DNA of 64,000 bases, taken from assembly GCA_018371535.1 (NCBI GenBank), contig JAHAKU010000007.1, forward strand, positions 19,796 to 83,795, written 5' to 3'. This DNA comes from Campylobacter concisus (lineage in GTDB: Bacteria; Campylobacterota; Campylobacteria; Campylobacterales; Campylobacteraceae). This document shows positions 1-10,684 of this stretch, one piece after another. Each line of letters begins with the position of its first letter. Position 1 is the first letter of the stretch. The position numbers were made by a program, and so were the translations under genes. The notes beneath the pieces were generated by a model, which was given only the letters and a program-made list of their open reading frames with translations, ran no database searches and was not told the origin of the DNA.

Positions 1-43
1 TAAAGCCGCAATGGTAAATGACAAAAAATAATAAGGAGCAAAG

Positions 44-685
44 ATGAAGCTTATAAAAATGCTAATTTTAAGTGCGTTTTTTGCACTAAATTTATCAGCA
101 CTGACTGAAGGGGTGGAGTATCAAACTCTAGCAAAACCGCTTAACGTGCCTAAAAACTCAGTCGTCAAGGTCTTTAGCTACGACTGCCCTCACTGCTATA
201 AATTTGACCGAACGATCACAAAAAAGCTGATGTCAAAGCTTGACGGGGTTAAATTTATCCCATATCACCTAAGCACCAAAGGCAAGCTTGGCGAGACAAC
301 AAGTAAAATTTTCGCCGCTCTTATATCGATAGATGAGGCAAATGGGACTGATCTGCTAAGCGATGAGTCTAAATTTAAGCAAGCTAAATTTGCGATCTAT
401 AAAGCAAGACACGATGAAAAAGATGACTTTAATGACGGCAAAGATAAGCAAAGATTTATAGATCTAGCGCTAAATGCGGCTCACGTGAGCAAAGACGAAT
501 ACGAAAAAGCGCTAAGCTCAGATCGTGCAAAAGAGCTTTTAAACGAGTGGTTTGCCTCTTATGATGTGGCAAGTATCAGTGGTGTGCCAGCCTTTGTGGT
601 AAGCGGCAAATATCTGATAAATTTAAACGCAGCTTCGTCGATCGATGAGATGGCAAAGACAATAAAAGAGCTTTTAGATAAGTAA
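44..685 (+). CDS. DsbA-family periplasmic thiol:disulfide oxidoreductase
   Basis: N-terminal signal peptide; thioredoxin-fold CPHC active-site motif (SYDCPHCYKFD); length 213 aa typical of DsbA. Confidence 0.75.
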   Translation: MKLIKMLILSAFFALNLSALTEGVEYQTLAKPLNVPKNSVVKVFSYDCPHCYKFDRTITKKLMSKLDGVKFIPYHLSTKGKLGETTSKIFAALISIDEANGTDLLSDESKFKQAKFAIYKARHDEKDDFNDGKDKQRFIDLALNAAHVSKDEYEKALSSDRAKELLNEWFASYDVASISGVPAFVVSGKYLINLNAASSIDEMAKTIKELLDK

Positions 686-785
686 CTTTAGCCTAAATTT
701 TACGGACATTTTGGGCATAGAAATGTAAATTTAAAGCAATTTTAGATAAACTCGGATCAAATTTCTAAAAAAGAAAGGTTTAATT

Positions 786-1700
786 ATGAACGCTTCAGAA
801 TTCATCTGGATGGATGGAAAACTAGTAAAATGGGACGATGCGAAAGTACACGTTCTAACTCACTCTTTGCACTACGCTAACGCCGTATTTGAGGGTACAA
901 GAGCTTATAAAACAAAAAAAGGTCTAGCTATTTTTAGACTCAAAGACCACACAAAAAGACTTTTAAGATCAGCAAAAATGACCGTTTTAAACGTGCCTTA
1001 CACTGAAGAAGAGCTTGAAAAAGCACAGATCGAGCTACTTCGCGCAAATAAATATAACAGCAACGTCTATATCCGCCCTCTTATCTTTTTAGGATACGGC
1101 GTAATGGGCGTAGCGCACACAAAAGCACCAGTACAAACTGCTATCGCTTCATGGGAGTGGGGCGCATATCTTGGCGATGAAGGCCTAGAAAAAGGCATCA
1201 GAGTTAAAATTTCTAGCTTTGCTAAACTTGCCCCTGCTGCTCAAATGAACAGAGCAAAGGCTAGCTCAAACTACCTAAGCTCACAAATGGCAAACTACGA
1301 AGCAAAAGAGGCTGGATACGACGAGGCGCTGCTTCTTGATAGCGAGGGCTTTGTGGCTGAAGGTCCAGGCGAGTGCTTTTTTATCGTTGAAAATGGCGCA
1401 TTGATCACTCCACCAAACGACAACAGCCTACTTAGCATCACTCAAGATACAGTCATAAGACTAGCTCACGACCTTGACATCGAAGTAAGAAGAGAGCGCA
1501 TCACAAGGGATCAAGCATACACAGCTGACGAAGCATTTTTCACTGGCACTGCAGCTGAAGTAACGCCTATAAACAGCATAGATAACCGCATCATCGGCAA
1601 CGGCGCTAGAGGCGAAGTGACAAAGAGACTACAAAAAGCTTACTTTGACGTAGTTTATGGTCTAAACAAAAAATACGAATCATTTTTAACATATATTTAA
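786..1700 (+). CDS. ilvE: branched-chain amino acid aminotransferase
   Basis: 304 aa; class IV aminotransferase fold motifs (FEGTRAY, ...FFTGTAAEVTPI...). Confidence 0.85.
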   Translation: MNASEFIWMDGKLVKWDDAKVHVLTHSLHYANAVFEGTRAYKTKKGLAIFRLKDHTKRLLRSAKMTVLNVPYTEEELEKAQIELLRANKYNSNVYIRPLIFLGYGVMGVAHTKAPVQTAIASWEWGAYLGDEGLEKGIRVKISSFAKLAPAAQMNRAKASSNYLSSQMANYEAKEAGYDEALLLDSEGFVAEGPGECFFIVENGALITPPNDNSLLSITQDTVIRLAHDLDIEVRRERITRDQAYTADEAFFTGTAAEVTPINSIDNRIIGNGARGEVTKRLQKAYFDVVYGLNKKYESFLTYI

Positions 1701-1716
1701 GATTTAAAGGAACGAA

Positions 1717-2829
1717 ATGCCCGCTGATTTAAATGATTATTTCAACAAAAAAAAGCCAGGTAATGACAACAGGGGCTCGGGTCAAAATAACGACAAAGAG
1801 CCACCTTTTAAAAAGGATTTTAAAATGCCAAATATACCAAGCGGCTTTGGCAAATTTGGTGCGCTAGCCTACATAATAATCGCCATTATCGCGATCCTTG
1901 CTATCACTCAGCCATTTAAAGTGATACACTCAGGCGAGGTCGGCATCAAAGCCACAGCGGGTAAATATGAGCCAAATCCTTTGCAGCCAGGATTTCACTT
2001 CTTTTTGCCATTTATCCAAAATATCATCGTAGTTGATACTAGAGTTAGGATCATAAACTACACTTCAGGCGAAGATATGGGCGAGAGCTTGCAAAAGTCT
2101 TATCAAGGAGCTGGAATTTTACGCAAAAACTCTATCTCAGTTTTAGACGCTAGAAATTTACCAGTTAGCATCGATATCACCGTGCAGTACCGTCTAAATC
2201 CAGAAAATGCACCACAAACTATCGCATCTTGGGGTCTTAGCTGGGAGAGCAAGATCGTTGATCCTGTCGTGCGCGACGTTGTTCGCAGCATCGCTGGTAA
2301 ATACACAGCCGAAGAGCTACCAACTAAGAGAAATGACCTAGCAAGGCAGATCGATGAGGGCATAAGAAAAGACATCGACTCTCAGCCAAACAAGCCAGTC
2401 GAGCTTCTAACAGTGCAGCTTCGTGAGATCATCTTGCCTTCAAAGGTAAAAGAGCAGATCGAGCGTGTCCAGATCGCTAAACAAGAGGCCGAGAGGACAA
2501 AATATGAGGTCGAGCGTGCAAATCAAGAGGCTCTAAAACAAGCTGCCCTTGCAGAAGGTAGCGCAAAAGCTGCGATCATCGAAGCAAAAGGCAAGGCTGA
2601 TGCTATCAAGATCGAGGCTGACGCGACTGCGTATGCAAACAAAGAGATCGCAAAAAGTGTCGATCAAAATTTATTAAATTTAAAGCAGATCGAGACGCAA
2701 AATAGATTTAACGACGCTCTTAAAGAGAACAAAGATGCCAAAATTTTCTTAACACCTGGCGGAGCTGTGCCAAATATCTGGCTAGATGCAAAAGATAGGG
2801 CAAAAGCTAGCTCGGTTAGCGAAAGGTAA
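1717..2829 (+). CDS. SPFH/band-7 (HflC/prohibitin-like) membrane protein
   Basis: N-terminal TM helix followed by band-7 domain and a long C-terminal coiled-coil Ala/Glu/Lys-rich segment. Confidence 0.7.
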   Translation: MPADLNDYFNKKKPGNDNRGSGQNNDKEPPFKKDFKMPNIPSGFGKFGALAYIIIAIIAILAITQPFKVIHSGEVGIKATAGKYEPNPLQPGFHFFLPFIQNIIVVDTRVRIINYTSGEDMGESLQKSYQGAGILRKNSISVLDARNLPVSIDITVQYRLNPENAPQTIASWGLSWESKIVDPVVRDVVRSIAGKYTAEELPTKRNDLARQIDEGIRKDIDSQPNKPVELLTVQLREIILPSKVKEQIERVQIAKQEAERTKYEVERANQEALKQAALAEGSAKAAIIEAKGKADAIKIEADATAYANKEIAKSVDQNLLNLKQIETQNRFNDALKENKDAKIFLTPGGAVPNIWLDAKDRAKASSVSER

Positions 2830-2831
2830 AA

Positions 2832-3566
2832 ATGAATAGCGTAGCAAAAAGTATAGACTGGCAAAAGGTTGGTGGATTGCTCCCAGTGGTGGTTTGCGAT
2901 CACGCTACAAACGAGGTTTTGATGCTTGCTTATATGAACGAAGAAGCACTAAATTTAAGTCTATCTAGCCGCTACGCTCACTACTTTTCACGCACAAAAA
3001 ATAGAATTTGGAAAAAAGGTGAAGAGAGTGGCAACACACAAGAGATCAAAGCTGCGTTTTTAGACTGTGACAACGACACTTTGCTCTTAAAAGTCGTTCA
3101 AAATGGAGGCGCTGCTTGTCACACTGGGGCAAGGTCTTGCTTTTTTAACGAGATAAATTTAGAAAATTTAGAAATTTCTGATCAAAAATGCGAGGTTAAA
3201 AAGCCAAGTTACGGCGTCATTGACGAGCTTTATCACGTTATAGAAGATAGAAAACTAAATGCTGACCCGCAAACTTCATACGTGGCAAGTCTTTTTAAAA
3301 AGGGTGAAAATCAAATTCTAAAAAAAGTTGGCGAAGAGGCTACAGAGCTTGTCATGGCAGCAAAAGAGCTTAGTTTTGCCAAGCAGATAAAACAAGATGA
3401 GCAAAAAGCAAAAAATGACCTCATCTATGAAGCAGCTGATCTTTGCTTTCACGCGCTTGTGGCACTTTCAGCCCACAACATACATCCAGATGCCGTCAAA
3501 AACGAGCTTGCAAGGCGTTTTGGCATGAGTGGCATCGAAGAAAAAAGATCGCGAGATGTTAAATAG
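2832..3566 (+). CDS. hisIE: bifunctional phosphoribosyl-AMP cyclohydrolase / phosphoribosyl-ATP pyrophosphatase
   Basis: N-terminal HisI motifs (…[18 protein letters not shown]…[10 protein letters not shown]…[13 protein letters not shown]) fused to a HisE-like C-terminal half. Confidence 0.8.
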   Translation: MNSVAKSIDWQKVGGLLPVVVCDHATNEVLMLAYMNEEALNLSLSSRYAHYFSRTKNRIWKKGEESGNTQEIKAAFLDCDNDTLLLKVVQNGGAACHTGARSCFFNEINLENLEISDQKCEVKKPSYGVIDELYHVIEDRKLNADPQTSYVASLFKKGENQILKKVGEEATELVMAAKELSFAKQIKQDEQKAKNDLIYEAADLCFHALVALSAHNIHPDAVKNELARRFGMSGIEEKRSRDVK

Positions 3567-4086
3567 CATCAAGCATAACATACTTTTCATACTTCAAAAC
3601 GCCAAACTTATCGACTTTCTAGCCTATGGTTGGGTGTTTTTAGCATTTATATTTATCGTGCTTTTAGGAATTTTCGTCGCGATAAAATCATGGTGGCAGA
3701 TAGGATTTTTATTTATCCTAGCTGGTTTTTTAGGACTTTTCGCAGGTAACTACTACGCAAACAAATATATAAATGAAAATCTAAGACCAGTTAGCATAAG
3801 CAAAATAAACACAAAACAGCTTCAATATGTCGATGCGTTGATGGTTGATTTTAACATCACAAATAACTCAAACTACACATTAAACGTTTGCAAAATCGAG
3901 CTTGGCTTCTACCTTGGCTCAAAGCAAAGCGCGAGAAATTTTCTAAATTCACTAAACCCTTTTGCTAAAAAAAGGATCATTTTAAATGAATCTCTTTTGC
4001 CAAAGCAGAGCAAGCAGATAAGAGAATTTGTCAATGACTTTGCCTTCATTGACTACAATATCACCAAAAAAGCGGAGTGTTTTTGA
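3529..4086 (+). CDS. membrane protein of unknown function (two TM helices plus soluble domain); true start possibly the Met at 3556
   Basis: hydrophobic N-terminal helices; no recognisable catalytic motif; tandem paralog follows. Confidence 0.4.
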   Translation: MASKKKDREMLNSIKHNILFILQNAKLIDFLAYGWVFLAFIFIVLLGIFVAIKSWWQIGFLFILAGFLGLFAGNYYANKYINENLRPVSISKINTKQLQYVDALMVDFNITNNSNYTLNVCKIELGFYLGSKQSARNFLNSLNPFAKKRIILNESLLPKQSKQIREFVNDFAFIDYNITKKAECF

Positions 4087-4637
4087 TGAGTTCAAACTAC
4101 TTTACCATCGTTCATATCATCGTGCTTTTCGCGATCGCACTACTTTCTATTTTATTTCTTGTGCTCTCGCTTAGAGCCGAGAGAAAACTATTTTTATCAC
4201 TACTTTTTACAAACATTTTGGTCTCAACCACGCTTGCCATTTTTTTGATGCTAGTTCTTGATAAATACACCAAAAAAGGCATAGTCGAAGGCGTAAAAAG
4301 CGAGCGAGTGTTAAGAAATGAAAGCATTGTATTTCGTGGTCAAGTAAGAAATGTCGGTAAATTTACCATTAGCAAATGCACCCTTACAATTAAGCTCATA
4401 AATCAGCCGCTAAATAAAAACGATCTTGGCGGCGAGGCGCTATTTAAACCAAGCGGGATCTCATTTTTCTCATGGGTTTTTGGAGGCGATGAGGACGAGA
4501 GACCAAACACTGTGGCATATAAATTTGACGTAGCTCAAAATTTACCAAAGCAAAAAGCGGTGCCATTTACAGTGACTATGCCCTATCCGCCATATTTTAA
4601 AAATGGTATGAATATCACAAAACTTAGTTGCTACTAA
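4077..4637 (+). CDS. membrane protein of unknown function, paralogous architecture to the preceding gene
   Basis: same length (186 vs 185 aa) and same 2-TM plus C-terminal beta-rich domain layout; 4-nt overlap suggests co-translation. Confidence 0.4.
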   Translation: MFLMSSNYFTIVHIIVLFAIALLSILFLVLSLRAERKLFLSLLFTNILVSTTLAIFLMLVLDKYTKKGIVEGVKSERVLRNESIVFRGQVRNVGKFTISKCTLTIKLINQPLNKNDLGGEALFKPSGISFFSWVFGGDEDERPNTVAYKFDVAQNLPKQKAVPFTVTMPYPPYFKNGMNITKLSCY

Positions 4638-4792
4638 TAAATTTAGATAAATTTTTAGTATTTATTACGTTTTGCAAATAATTATAAACTGGTTAAATTT
4701 CTCTTAAATCTAAATAAAATTTGGCTTATATAAAATAAATTTAAATATGAATTTTAAACCAAAGCCAAAGGGCAATGGTTTAAAATTTAGTT

Positions 4793-6124
4793 TTAATGTC
4801 TTGAAAGATAGTTTGTATCGTAGTTGTTGCTTAAAAAGTCTTTGTTTTCCATCATGGCGATGTGAAAGTCTTTTGTTGTTTTGATGCCGCTTATTATGAG
4901 CTGATCAAGAGCTACTTTCATCTTATGGATCGCTCTGTTTCTATCAGTGTCCCAAACAACGAGCTTTCCGATCATGCTGTCATAATACGGCGGTATAGAG
5001 TAGTCTTGGTAGATGTGGCTATCCATTCTCACGTTGCGGCCGCCTGGGCAGACATATTTTGTGATCTTGCCAGGGCACGGAGTGAAGGTGTTTGGATCCT
5101 CAGCTGTGATCCTGCACTCGATCGCATGGCCTTTTAGCTCGATGCTCTTTTGTGACGGTAGCTTTTCGCCCTCAGCCACTTTTATCATAAGCTCGATGAT
5201 ATCAAGTCCGCTCACCATTTCGCTTACTGTGTGCTCGACTTGAAGCCTTGTGTTCATCTCGATGAAGTAAAAGTCTAAATTTTTATCAACCAAAAACTCA
5301 AACGTACCTGCTCCCTCGTAGCCGATCGCTTTTGCCGCTTTTATGGCAGTTTCGTGCAACCTCTCTCTTGTTTTTTCATCAAGCAAGATAGCTGGGCTCT
5401 CTTCGATCAGCTTTTGATGACGGCGCTGCATAGAGCAGTCACGCTCGCCTATGTGAAGCACGTTGCCGTGGCTATCGCCGATGATTTGAACCTCAATGTG
5501 GCGTGGATTTAGGATATATTTTTCCATATACATCGTGCCATCGCCAAATGCACTCATCGCCTCGCTCTCAGCAGACCAAAATGCTTTTTCTAAATCAGCC
5601 TCTTTTTCAACCACGCGCATACCGCGTCCGCCGCCGCCTGCCGCAGCTTTTAAGATGACAGGGTAGCCGATCTTTTTGGCTAGCTCTTTTGCAGCTTTTG
5701 TATCAGCCACAGCGCCGTCTGAGCCAGGGATGACTGGCACGCCAGCTCTTTGCATGACCTGTTTTGCCTTGCTCTTATCGCTCATCAAAGCCATCGCAGC
5801 AACGCTTGGTCCAATGAATTTGATCTTGTGGTGTGAGCAAATTTCAACAAAATTTTGATTTTCACTTAAAAAGCCATAACCTGGGAAGATAGCGTCTGCT
5901 TCGCTGATCTCAGCTGCGCTTATGATAGCTGGGATGTTTAGGTAGCTGTCGCTTGAGCGCTCTTTACCGATGCAAATAGCCACGTCGGCGTATTTTACGT
6001 AAAGCGCGTCTTTGTCAGCGGTTGAATAAACTACAACGGCTTCTTTACCCATCTCCTTTATCGTTCGCAAAGCACGAAGAGCGATCTCACCGCGGTTTGC
6101 GATTAAAATTCTTTTTAATTCCAT
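4793..6124 (-). CDS. accC: acetyl-CoA carboxylase biotin carboxylase subunit
   Basis: 443 aa ATP-grasp biotin carboxylase; motifs MKVALDQ…, GGGGRGMRVV, EMNTRLQVEH. Confidence 0.9.
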   Translation of the reverse strand: MELKRILIANRGEIALRALRTIKEMGKEAVVVYSTADKDALYVKYADVAICIGKERSSDSYLNIPAIISAAEISEADAIFPGYGFLSENQNFVEICSHHKIKFIGPSVAAMALMSDKSKAKQVMQRAGVPVIPGSDGAVADTKAAKELAKKIGYPVILKAAAGGGGRGMRVVEKEADLEKAFWSAESEAMSAFGDGTMYMEKYILNPRHIEVQIIGDSHGNVLHIGERDCSMQRRHQKLIEESPAILLDEKTRERLHETAIKAAKAIGYEGAGTFEFLVDKNLDFYFIEMNTRLQVEHTVSEMVSGLDIIELMIKVAEGEKLPSQKSIELKGHAIECRITAEDPNTFTPCPGKITKYVCPGGRNVRMDSHIYQDYSIPPYYDSMIGKLVVWDTDRNRAIHKMKVALDQLIISGIKTTKDFHIAMMENKDFLSNNYDTNYLSRH

Positions 6125-6576
6125 TAATTTTTCTCCACGCCAAATAACGGCAATCCAAACTCAACTGGCTGTCCGTCAGAGACTAGCATCTCAGTGATCT
6201 GGCAGTCAAATTCAGCCTCGATCTCGTTCATGATCTTCATAGCTTCGATGATGCCCACTACATCGCCTTTTCTCACTCTTTGACCTACTTTTACAAATGG
6301 TGCAGCGCCTGGGCTTGGAGCAGCGTAGAAAGTACCTACCATAGGAGATTTTATGCTATCTTTTGGCGAATTTGCAGCTGGTTTTACCTCTGAGCTAACG
6401 ACAACATTTACAGGTGTTGGCGCTGGAGCTGCTGCTTGTGCCGCTGGCTTTGCAGGCGCGCAATAATCAGCAAATTTCTCTACCTCGACCTCAAAATCAC
6501 CACTTTTTATCTTGATATGATTCATCTCCATACCATTAAAAAATTCGATAAGCTCTTTTATATCTTCTTTTTTCAT
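6124..6576 (-). CDS. accB: acetyl-CoA carboxylase biotin carboxyl carrier protein
   Basis: 150 aa; Ala/Pro linker and biotinyl-lysine motif [10 protein letters not shown]; overlaps accC start. Confidence 0.85.
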   Translation of the reverse strand: MKKEDIKELIEFFNGMEMNHIKIKSGDFEVEVEKFADYCAPAKPAAQAAAPAPTPVNVVVSSEVKPAANSPKDSIKSPMVGTFYAAPSPGAAPFVKVGQRVRKGDVVGIIEAMKIMNEIEAEFDCQITEMLVSDGQPVEFGLPLFGVEKN

Positions 6577-6661
6577 AGAAAATTCTCCTAAATTTTTATA
6601 TAAGCCCCTAATTGTAGCGAAATTTAAATAAATTTAATTTTTAGCTGGCATAAATTTTGTG

Positions 6662-7321
6662 CTAAATCCTACTTTTTTCTAGCAAATTTATAGTAAAAAA
6701 TAAGATAAAACTAAGAACAACTAAAACAAGGCTTAAAGCGAGTGCCTGATCGCTTCTGCCGTCATAGACTGCGTTGTAGATAGCAAGTGAGATGGTGTCT
6801 GTTTTGCCTATGATATTGCCACCTAAAATGAGCGTTATGCCAACCTCGCCAAGACCTCGTGAGAGCGCTAGGATAAAGGCTGCTGCCACGCTTTTTGCAA
6901 TGCTTGGGAAAAGCACTAAAATGGCTGTTTGAAATTTATTTTTACCAAGGCTATATGCTGCTTCACTTAGGCTTTTTGAAAGTGAGCTAAGCGCTGAGGC
7001 TACGGGCTTTACAAAAAGTGGCAGCGAGGCTATGAAAGCAGCTATCACAAGGGCTTTAAAGCTAAAGACGATCTCTAAATTTAAGGCCTTGCCGATGATG
7101 CCATTTTTGCCAAGTAGATAAAGTAGCAAAAATCCAGTCGCAATGGGCGGAAATATGAGCGGAAAGGTGACTATCATCTCGGCAACTGCTTTAAATTTAG
7201 AGTTGCTAAAAGCTAGAAAATAAGCTAGAGCTAGCCCAAAAATAGCAAGCAAAAGCCCCTGGCACAAAACGACCTTTATGCTTAAAAATAGCGGATCAAA
7301 AAGCCAAGCAAGCTCTTGCAA
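6662..7321 (-). CDS. molybdate/tungstate ABC transporter permease (ModB/TupB-like)
   Basis: 219 aa, multi-TM; ABC permease EAA-type motif (SEAAYSLGKNKFQTAILVLFPS); similar to the modB at 40835. Confidence 0.7.
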   Translation of the reverse strand: MQELAWLFDPLFLSIKVVLCQGLLLAIFGLALAYFLAFSNSKFKAVAEMIVTFPLIFPPIATGFLLLYLLGKNGIIGKALNLEIVFSFKALVIAAFIASLPLFVKPVASALSSLSKSLSEAAYSLGKNKFQTAILVLFPSIAKSVAAAFILALSRGLGEVGITLILGGNIIGKTDTISLAIYNAVYDGRSDQALALSLVLVVLSFILFFTINLLEKSRI

Positions 7322-7329
7322 ATTTCGCC

Positions 7330-8028
7330 CTATCTTATGCCAAATTTAGCGTAAATTTCTTTTGATCTCTCGCTTTTTAGCTCGTCTATAAATTTCTCGC
7401 AATCAGCCTTTTTCTCGCATCCTTCAAGCTTTGCAGCTACGATGTTTGCAGGGGCATAAAGCGCCTTATCTATCAAGATAAAACTACCAAATTCTTCCTT
7501 ATGTGCGTTTAGCTCAGTTTGGTTGATAAAGCCAGCATCAACTTCGCCGTTTAATATATAGGTAACGACCTATGGCACGCCTGCAACTGCTAAAATTTTA
7601 TCCTTTAGCTCGCCCTCTAAATTTGCTTTTTGCATAAACTCACTAGCCCTCTTGCCATAAACTGTCTTTGCCGCGTCTGGCATAGCGATTTTTGAAAGCG
7701 TTTTTAGCTCATCAACTTTTTCTATTTTTACGCCCTTTTTGGTAGCTAGCACCAAGGTGCCAGAGCCTAAATTTACAAATTCTGAAATTTTTAGATCAGA
7801 CTTCTTTAAAAAGTCCTCATCGCCCACTATCACGTCAGTTTTGCCCTCTTTTGCCTGCGCCATGATCGCTTTGATGTTTGCAAAAGAGGTGTCAATATTT
7901 ACGCCATCTTTTTTGAGATTTTGCGCGACTGCCTCGACTATCTTTTTATATCCACCGCCTGCACTAACTAGCAAATTTTCATTGCCAAATGCAAAAACTG
8001 CTGCCATTAAAAGCAAAAATTTTTTCAT
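7330..8028 (-). pseudogene. molybdate/tungstate ABC transporter periplasmic binding protein interrupted by one in-frame TAG at 7570-7572
   Basis: ORF 7570..8028 (signal peptide plus N-terminal SBP domain) continues in the same frame after the TAG for 79 more codons (VVTYILNGEVDAGFINQTELNAH…AKFGIR) to a stop immediately before the permease start. Confidence 0.55.
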
Positions 8029-8161
8029 ATTTTTTCCTTTAAAAATAAAATTTCACGATTTTATAAAATATACTCTTATATATTCTTAAAATATATTTTT
8101 ACAATTTTACTCTTTCGCCTTCGCCAAAATGGTATAATCTCGCAAAAACAAAAGGACAGAC

Positions 8162-9250
8162 ATGAACGAACTTGAGCTAAAGATGCAAGGCAAGATAGAT
8201 AGGCTAACAGACAGGACTTTTAGGCTAGATCCTAGGATCGGCGAGGGCTATTTTACGGCGAAATACTTTCTAAAAGTAAATGAGATAATTAAGCAAAACC
8301 TGCCTGATCAGCACGTGACGATGCAGTTTTTCCAAAGGCGCGATGATATCGTGCTTTGTGGCATCGACGAGGTTTTGGCTATCATCAATAAATTTGCCAA
8401 AAACCCAAGCGAGCTTGAAATTTACGCACTTGATGATGGCGATATCATAAATGCAAACGAGCCAGTTTTAAAGATAAGCGGCAAGTATGAGGATTTTGGC
8501 TTTTTAGAAAACGTCATCGATGCGACGCTTACTAGAAGAAGCTGCGTAGCGACAAACTCCAGAGACGTGATAAAAGCAGCAAATGGCAAGGACGTCTTTA
8601 GCATGGCTGATAGACAAGATGATATCTGCACGCAGCCAGGCGACGGATATGCTTCATTTATCGGTGGTATAAAAAAGGTCGCCACAGACGCTCAGGGCGA
8701 GCTTACAGGGCTAAAAGGTGGTGGCACCATGCCTCACGCGCTCATTCAAATGTGTGGCGGAGACGTGGTGAAGGCTTGTCAAATTTATGCTAAAACCTTT
8801 GAAAACGAGCAGATCACAGCCTTAGTGGACTACAACAACGACGTGATAACAGACGCTTTAAAAGCTGCAAATGCCCTAAAAGAGAGGCTTGGCGCGGTTA
8901 GAGTTGATACTAGTAAAAATTTGATAGATAAGTATTTTGAAGACAAAGATACCAGTAAATTTGACCCGCATGGCGTTTGCAAGGAGCTTATATTTGCCCT
9001 AAGAGAGGCGCTTGATAAAGCTGGCTTTAAGCACGTTAAAATCGTCGTTAGCTCAGGCTTTAACCCACAAAAAATGAGTGAATTTGAGAAATTTAAAACC
9101 CCAGTTGATATTTACGGCGTGGGAAGCTATCTTGTTAAAAATGATATTTGTGGCTTTACAGGCGATCTAGTCGAGCTAAACGGCAAAAGCGAGGCTAAAT
9201 TTGGCAGAAAAAATTTCGCTTCATATAGGCTAAAGAGAGTTAAATTTTAG
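8162..9250 (+). CDS. nicotinate phosphoribosyltransferase-family protein
   Basis: 362 aa; overall resemblance to type-II PRTase (NAPRTase/QPRTase fold) by eye; the family assignment is tentative. Confidence 0.5.
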   Translation: MNELELKMQGKIDRLTDRTFRLDPRIGEGYFTAKYFLKVNEIIKQNLPDQHVTMQFFQRRDDIVLCGIDEVLAIINKFAKNPSELEIYALDDGDIINANEPVLKISGKYEDFGFLENVIDATLTRRSCVATNSRDVIKAANGKDVFSMADRQDDICTQPGDGYASFIGGIKKVATDAQGELTGLKGGGTMPHALIQMCGGDVVKACQIYAKTFENEQITALVDYNNDVITDALKAANALKERLGAVRVDTSKNLIDKYFEDKDTSKFDPHGVCKELIFALREALDKAGFKHVKIVVSSGFNPQKMSEFEKFKTPVDIYGVGSYLVKNDICGFTGDLVELNGKSEAKFGRKNFASYRLKRVKF

Positions 9251-9258
9251 GAGAGAGG

Positions 9259-9756
9259 ATGAAATTTATAAAAATTTTAACAATTCTGTCACTTTTACTG
9301 ACTGCATGCACCGCCGCAAACTACGCTAACGCCTTTGAAAAAGTTGGCATCCTTGAAGACGGCGTTTATCGCTTTAGTCAAAATGGCATCGGGGTCAAAA
9401 AAGACCTGCTTGTAAAGGTGATCTCTGTGCAAAACGCGGACAGCTCTCGCAAAAAGATCATCTCCATGCTAAATATCCCTAAAAAGTCTAAAATAAATGA
9501 CTTTAAAACAAGCGATGCTGGCGTGATTGTCTGGCCATTTTACGAGTTTGAGGGCAAATTTATAACGACAATAATCGTTGAAAATATAAAAAAAGAAGAT
9601 AGCGATCAAAAACTGATTAAGATGCTTGAGCTTAAGCATCCATTTTACTCGACGCTCCAAGCTCGAAGAAAAGGTGCTAAAGACGCCATAGACGTGAAAT
9701 ACGTGCTAAATTTCAAAGAGGCAAAGCTGGTAAAATCGTTTCAAAACCACCCTTAA
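9259..9756 (+). CDS. lipoprotein of unknown function
   Basis: signal peptide with lipobox (LLLTACTA); no recognisable domain. Confidence 0.4.
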   Translation: MKFIKILTILSLLLTACTAANYANAFEKVGILEDGVYRFSQNGIGVKKDLLVKVISVQNADSSRKKIISMLNIPKKSKINDFKTSDAGVIVWPFYEFEGKFITTIIVENIKKEDSDQKLIKMLELKHPFYSTLQARRKGAKDAIDVKYVLNFKEAKLVKSFQNHP

Positions 9757-9811
9757 AACTTTATTTTAAATAAATTTCATTAAAATGGCGTAATCAAAAA
9801 AAGGATCATCT

Positions 9812-10684
9812 TTGCATAATCTAAAAACCATAAACGTCGCTCACTCGCCTGATGCTGACGATATTTTCATGTATGCCGCGGTCAAATTTGGCTGGGTTAG
9901 CAGTAAAAATTTAGCCTTCACATCAAAGGCGCTTGATATAGAGACACTAAACGAAGAGGCGCTAAAAGGCACTTATGAGGCAACAGCGATCAGCTTTGCA
10001 CTCTATCCTAAAATTTGCGATGAATTTGCACTTTTACGCTGCGCCGTGAGCTTTGGCAAAGGATACGGCCCAAAGCTTATCAAGCTAAAAGATAAGCAGC
10101 TAAAGCGAAATTTCAAGGTTGCGCTATCTGGCAAAAACACGACAAATGCCCTACTCTTTCGCATAGCCTACCCAGAGGTAAGGATCGTTTATAAAAACTT
10201 CTTAGAGATCGAAAATGCCGTGCTTAGCGGCGAAGTCGATGCTGGCGTGCTAATACATGAAAGCATCTTAAATTTCTCAGATCAGCTCTGCGTAGAGCGT
10301 GAAATTTGGGACATCTGGAGCGAGCTAAACGGCGAAAATTTACCGCTTCCACTTGGTGGCATGGCGCTTAGACGAAGTCTGCCCATAACCGACGCGATCG
10401 AGTGCGAGAGAGTGCTTAGCGAGGCCGTTAGGATCGCCACTTCACACAAGCCATTTTTATCTCACATGCTAATGGAGCGAAACCTCATCAGAGTTGGCAA
10501 AGAGGAGCTTAAAACGTATCTAAATTTATACGCAAATAACGAGTCTATAAGCATGAACGAAACGCAGCTAAAAGCGCTAAATAAGCTCTATCAAATAGGC
10601 TACGACAAAGGCTTTTTTGAAAAGCCAATCGACGTAAATGACTACTTAATCCCAACTGAATACAACGAAGTAAGGTTTAGCTGA
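9812..10684 (+). CDS. menaquinone biosynthesis (futalosine pathway) MqnA/MqnD-family protein
   Basis: 290 aa periplasmic-binding-protein-like fold; N-terminal motif INVAHSPDADDIFMYAA resembles the MqnA/MqnD family. Confidence 0.55.
   Translation: MHNLKTINVAHSPDADDIFMYAAVKFGWVSSKNLAFTSKALDIETLNEEALKGTYEATAISFALYPKICDEFALLRCAVSFGKGYGPKLIKLKDKQLKRNFKVALSGKNTTNALLFRIAYPEVRIVYKNFLEIENAVLSGEVDAGVLIHESILNFSDQLCVEREIWDIWSELNGENLPLPLGGMALRRSLPITDAIECERVLSEAVRIATSHKPFLSHMLMERNLIRVGKEELKTYLNLYANNESISMNETQLKALNKLYQIGYDKGFFEKPIDVNDYLIPTEYNEVRFS

Noticed and set aside
2103-2375. 90-aa ORF antisense to the SPFH-domain gene, and similar antisense ORFs at 2664..2903, 4112..4327, 4862..5243, 12264..12530, 13474..13722, 18200..18385, 18768..19073, 22085..22498, 34329..34629, 53763..54143 and 58609..59421
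   Set aside because: They lie entirely within strong, well-supported genes on the opposite strand, have low-complexity Ser/Leu/Arg-rich composition and no start or RBS context, so they are chance ORFs.
4638-4792. AT-rich hairpin (TAAACCA…TGGTTTA) between convergent genes as a terminator
   Set aside because: The stem is weak (AT-only, 14-nt loop) and not convincing as a Rho-independent terminator.
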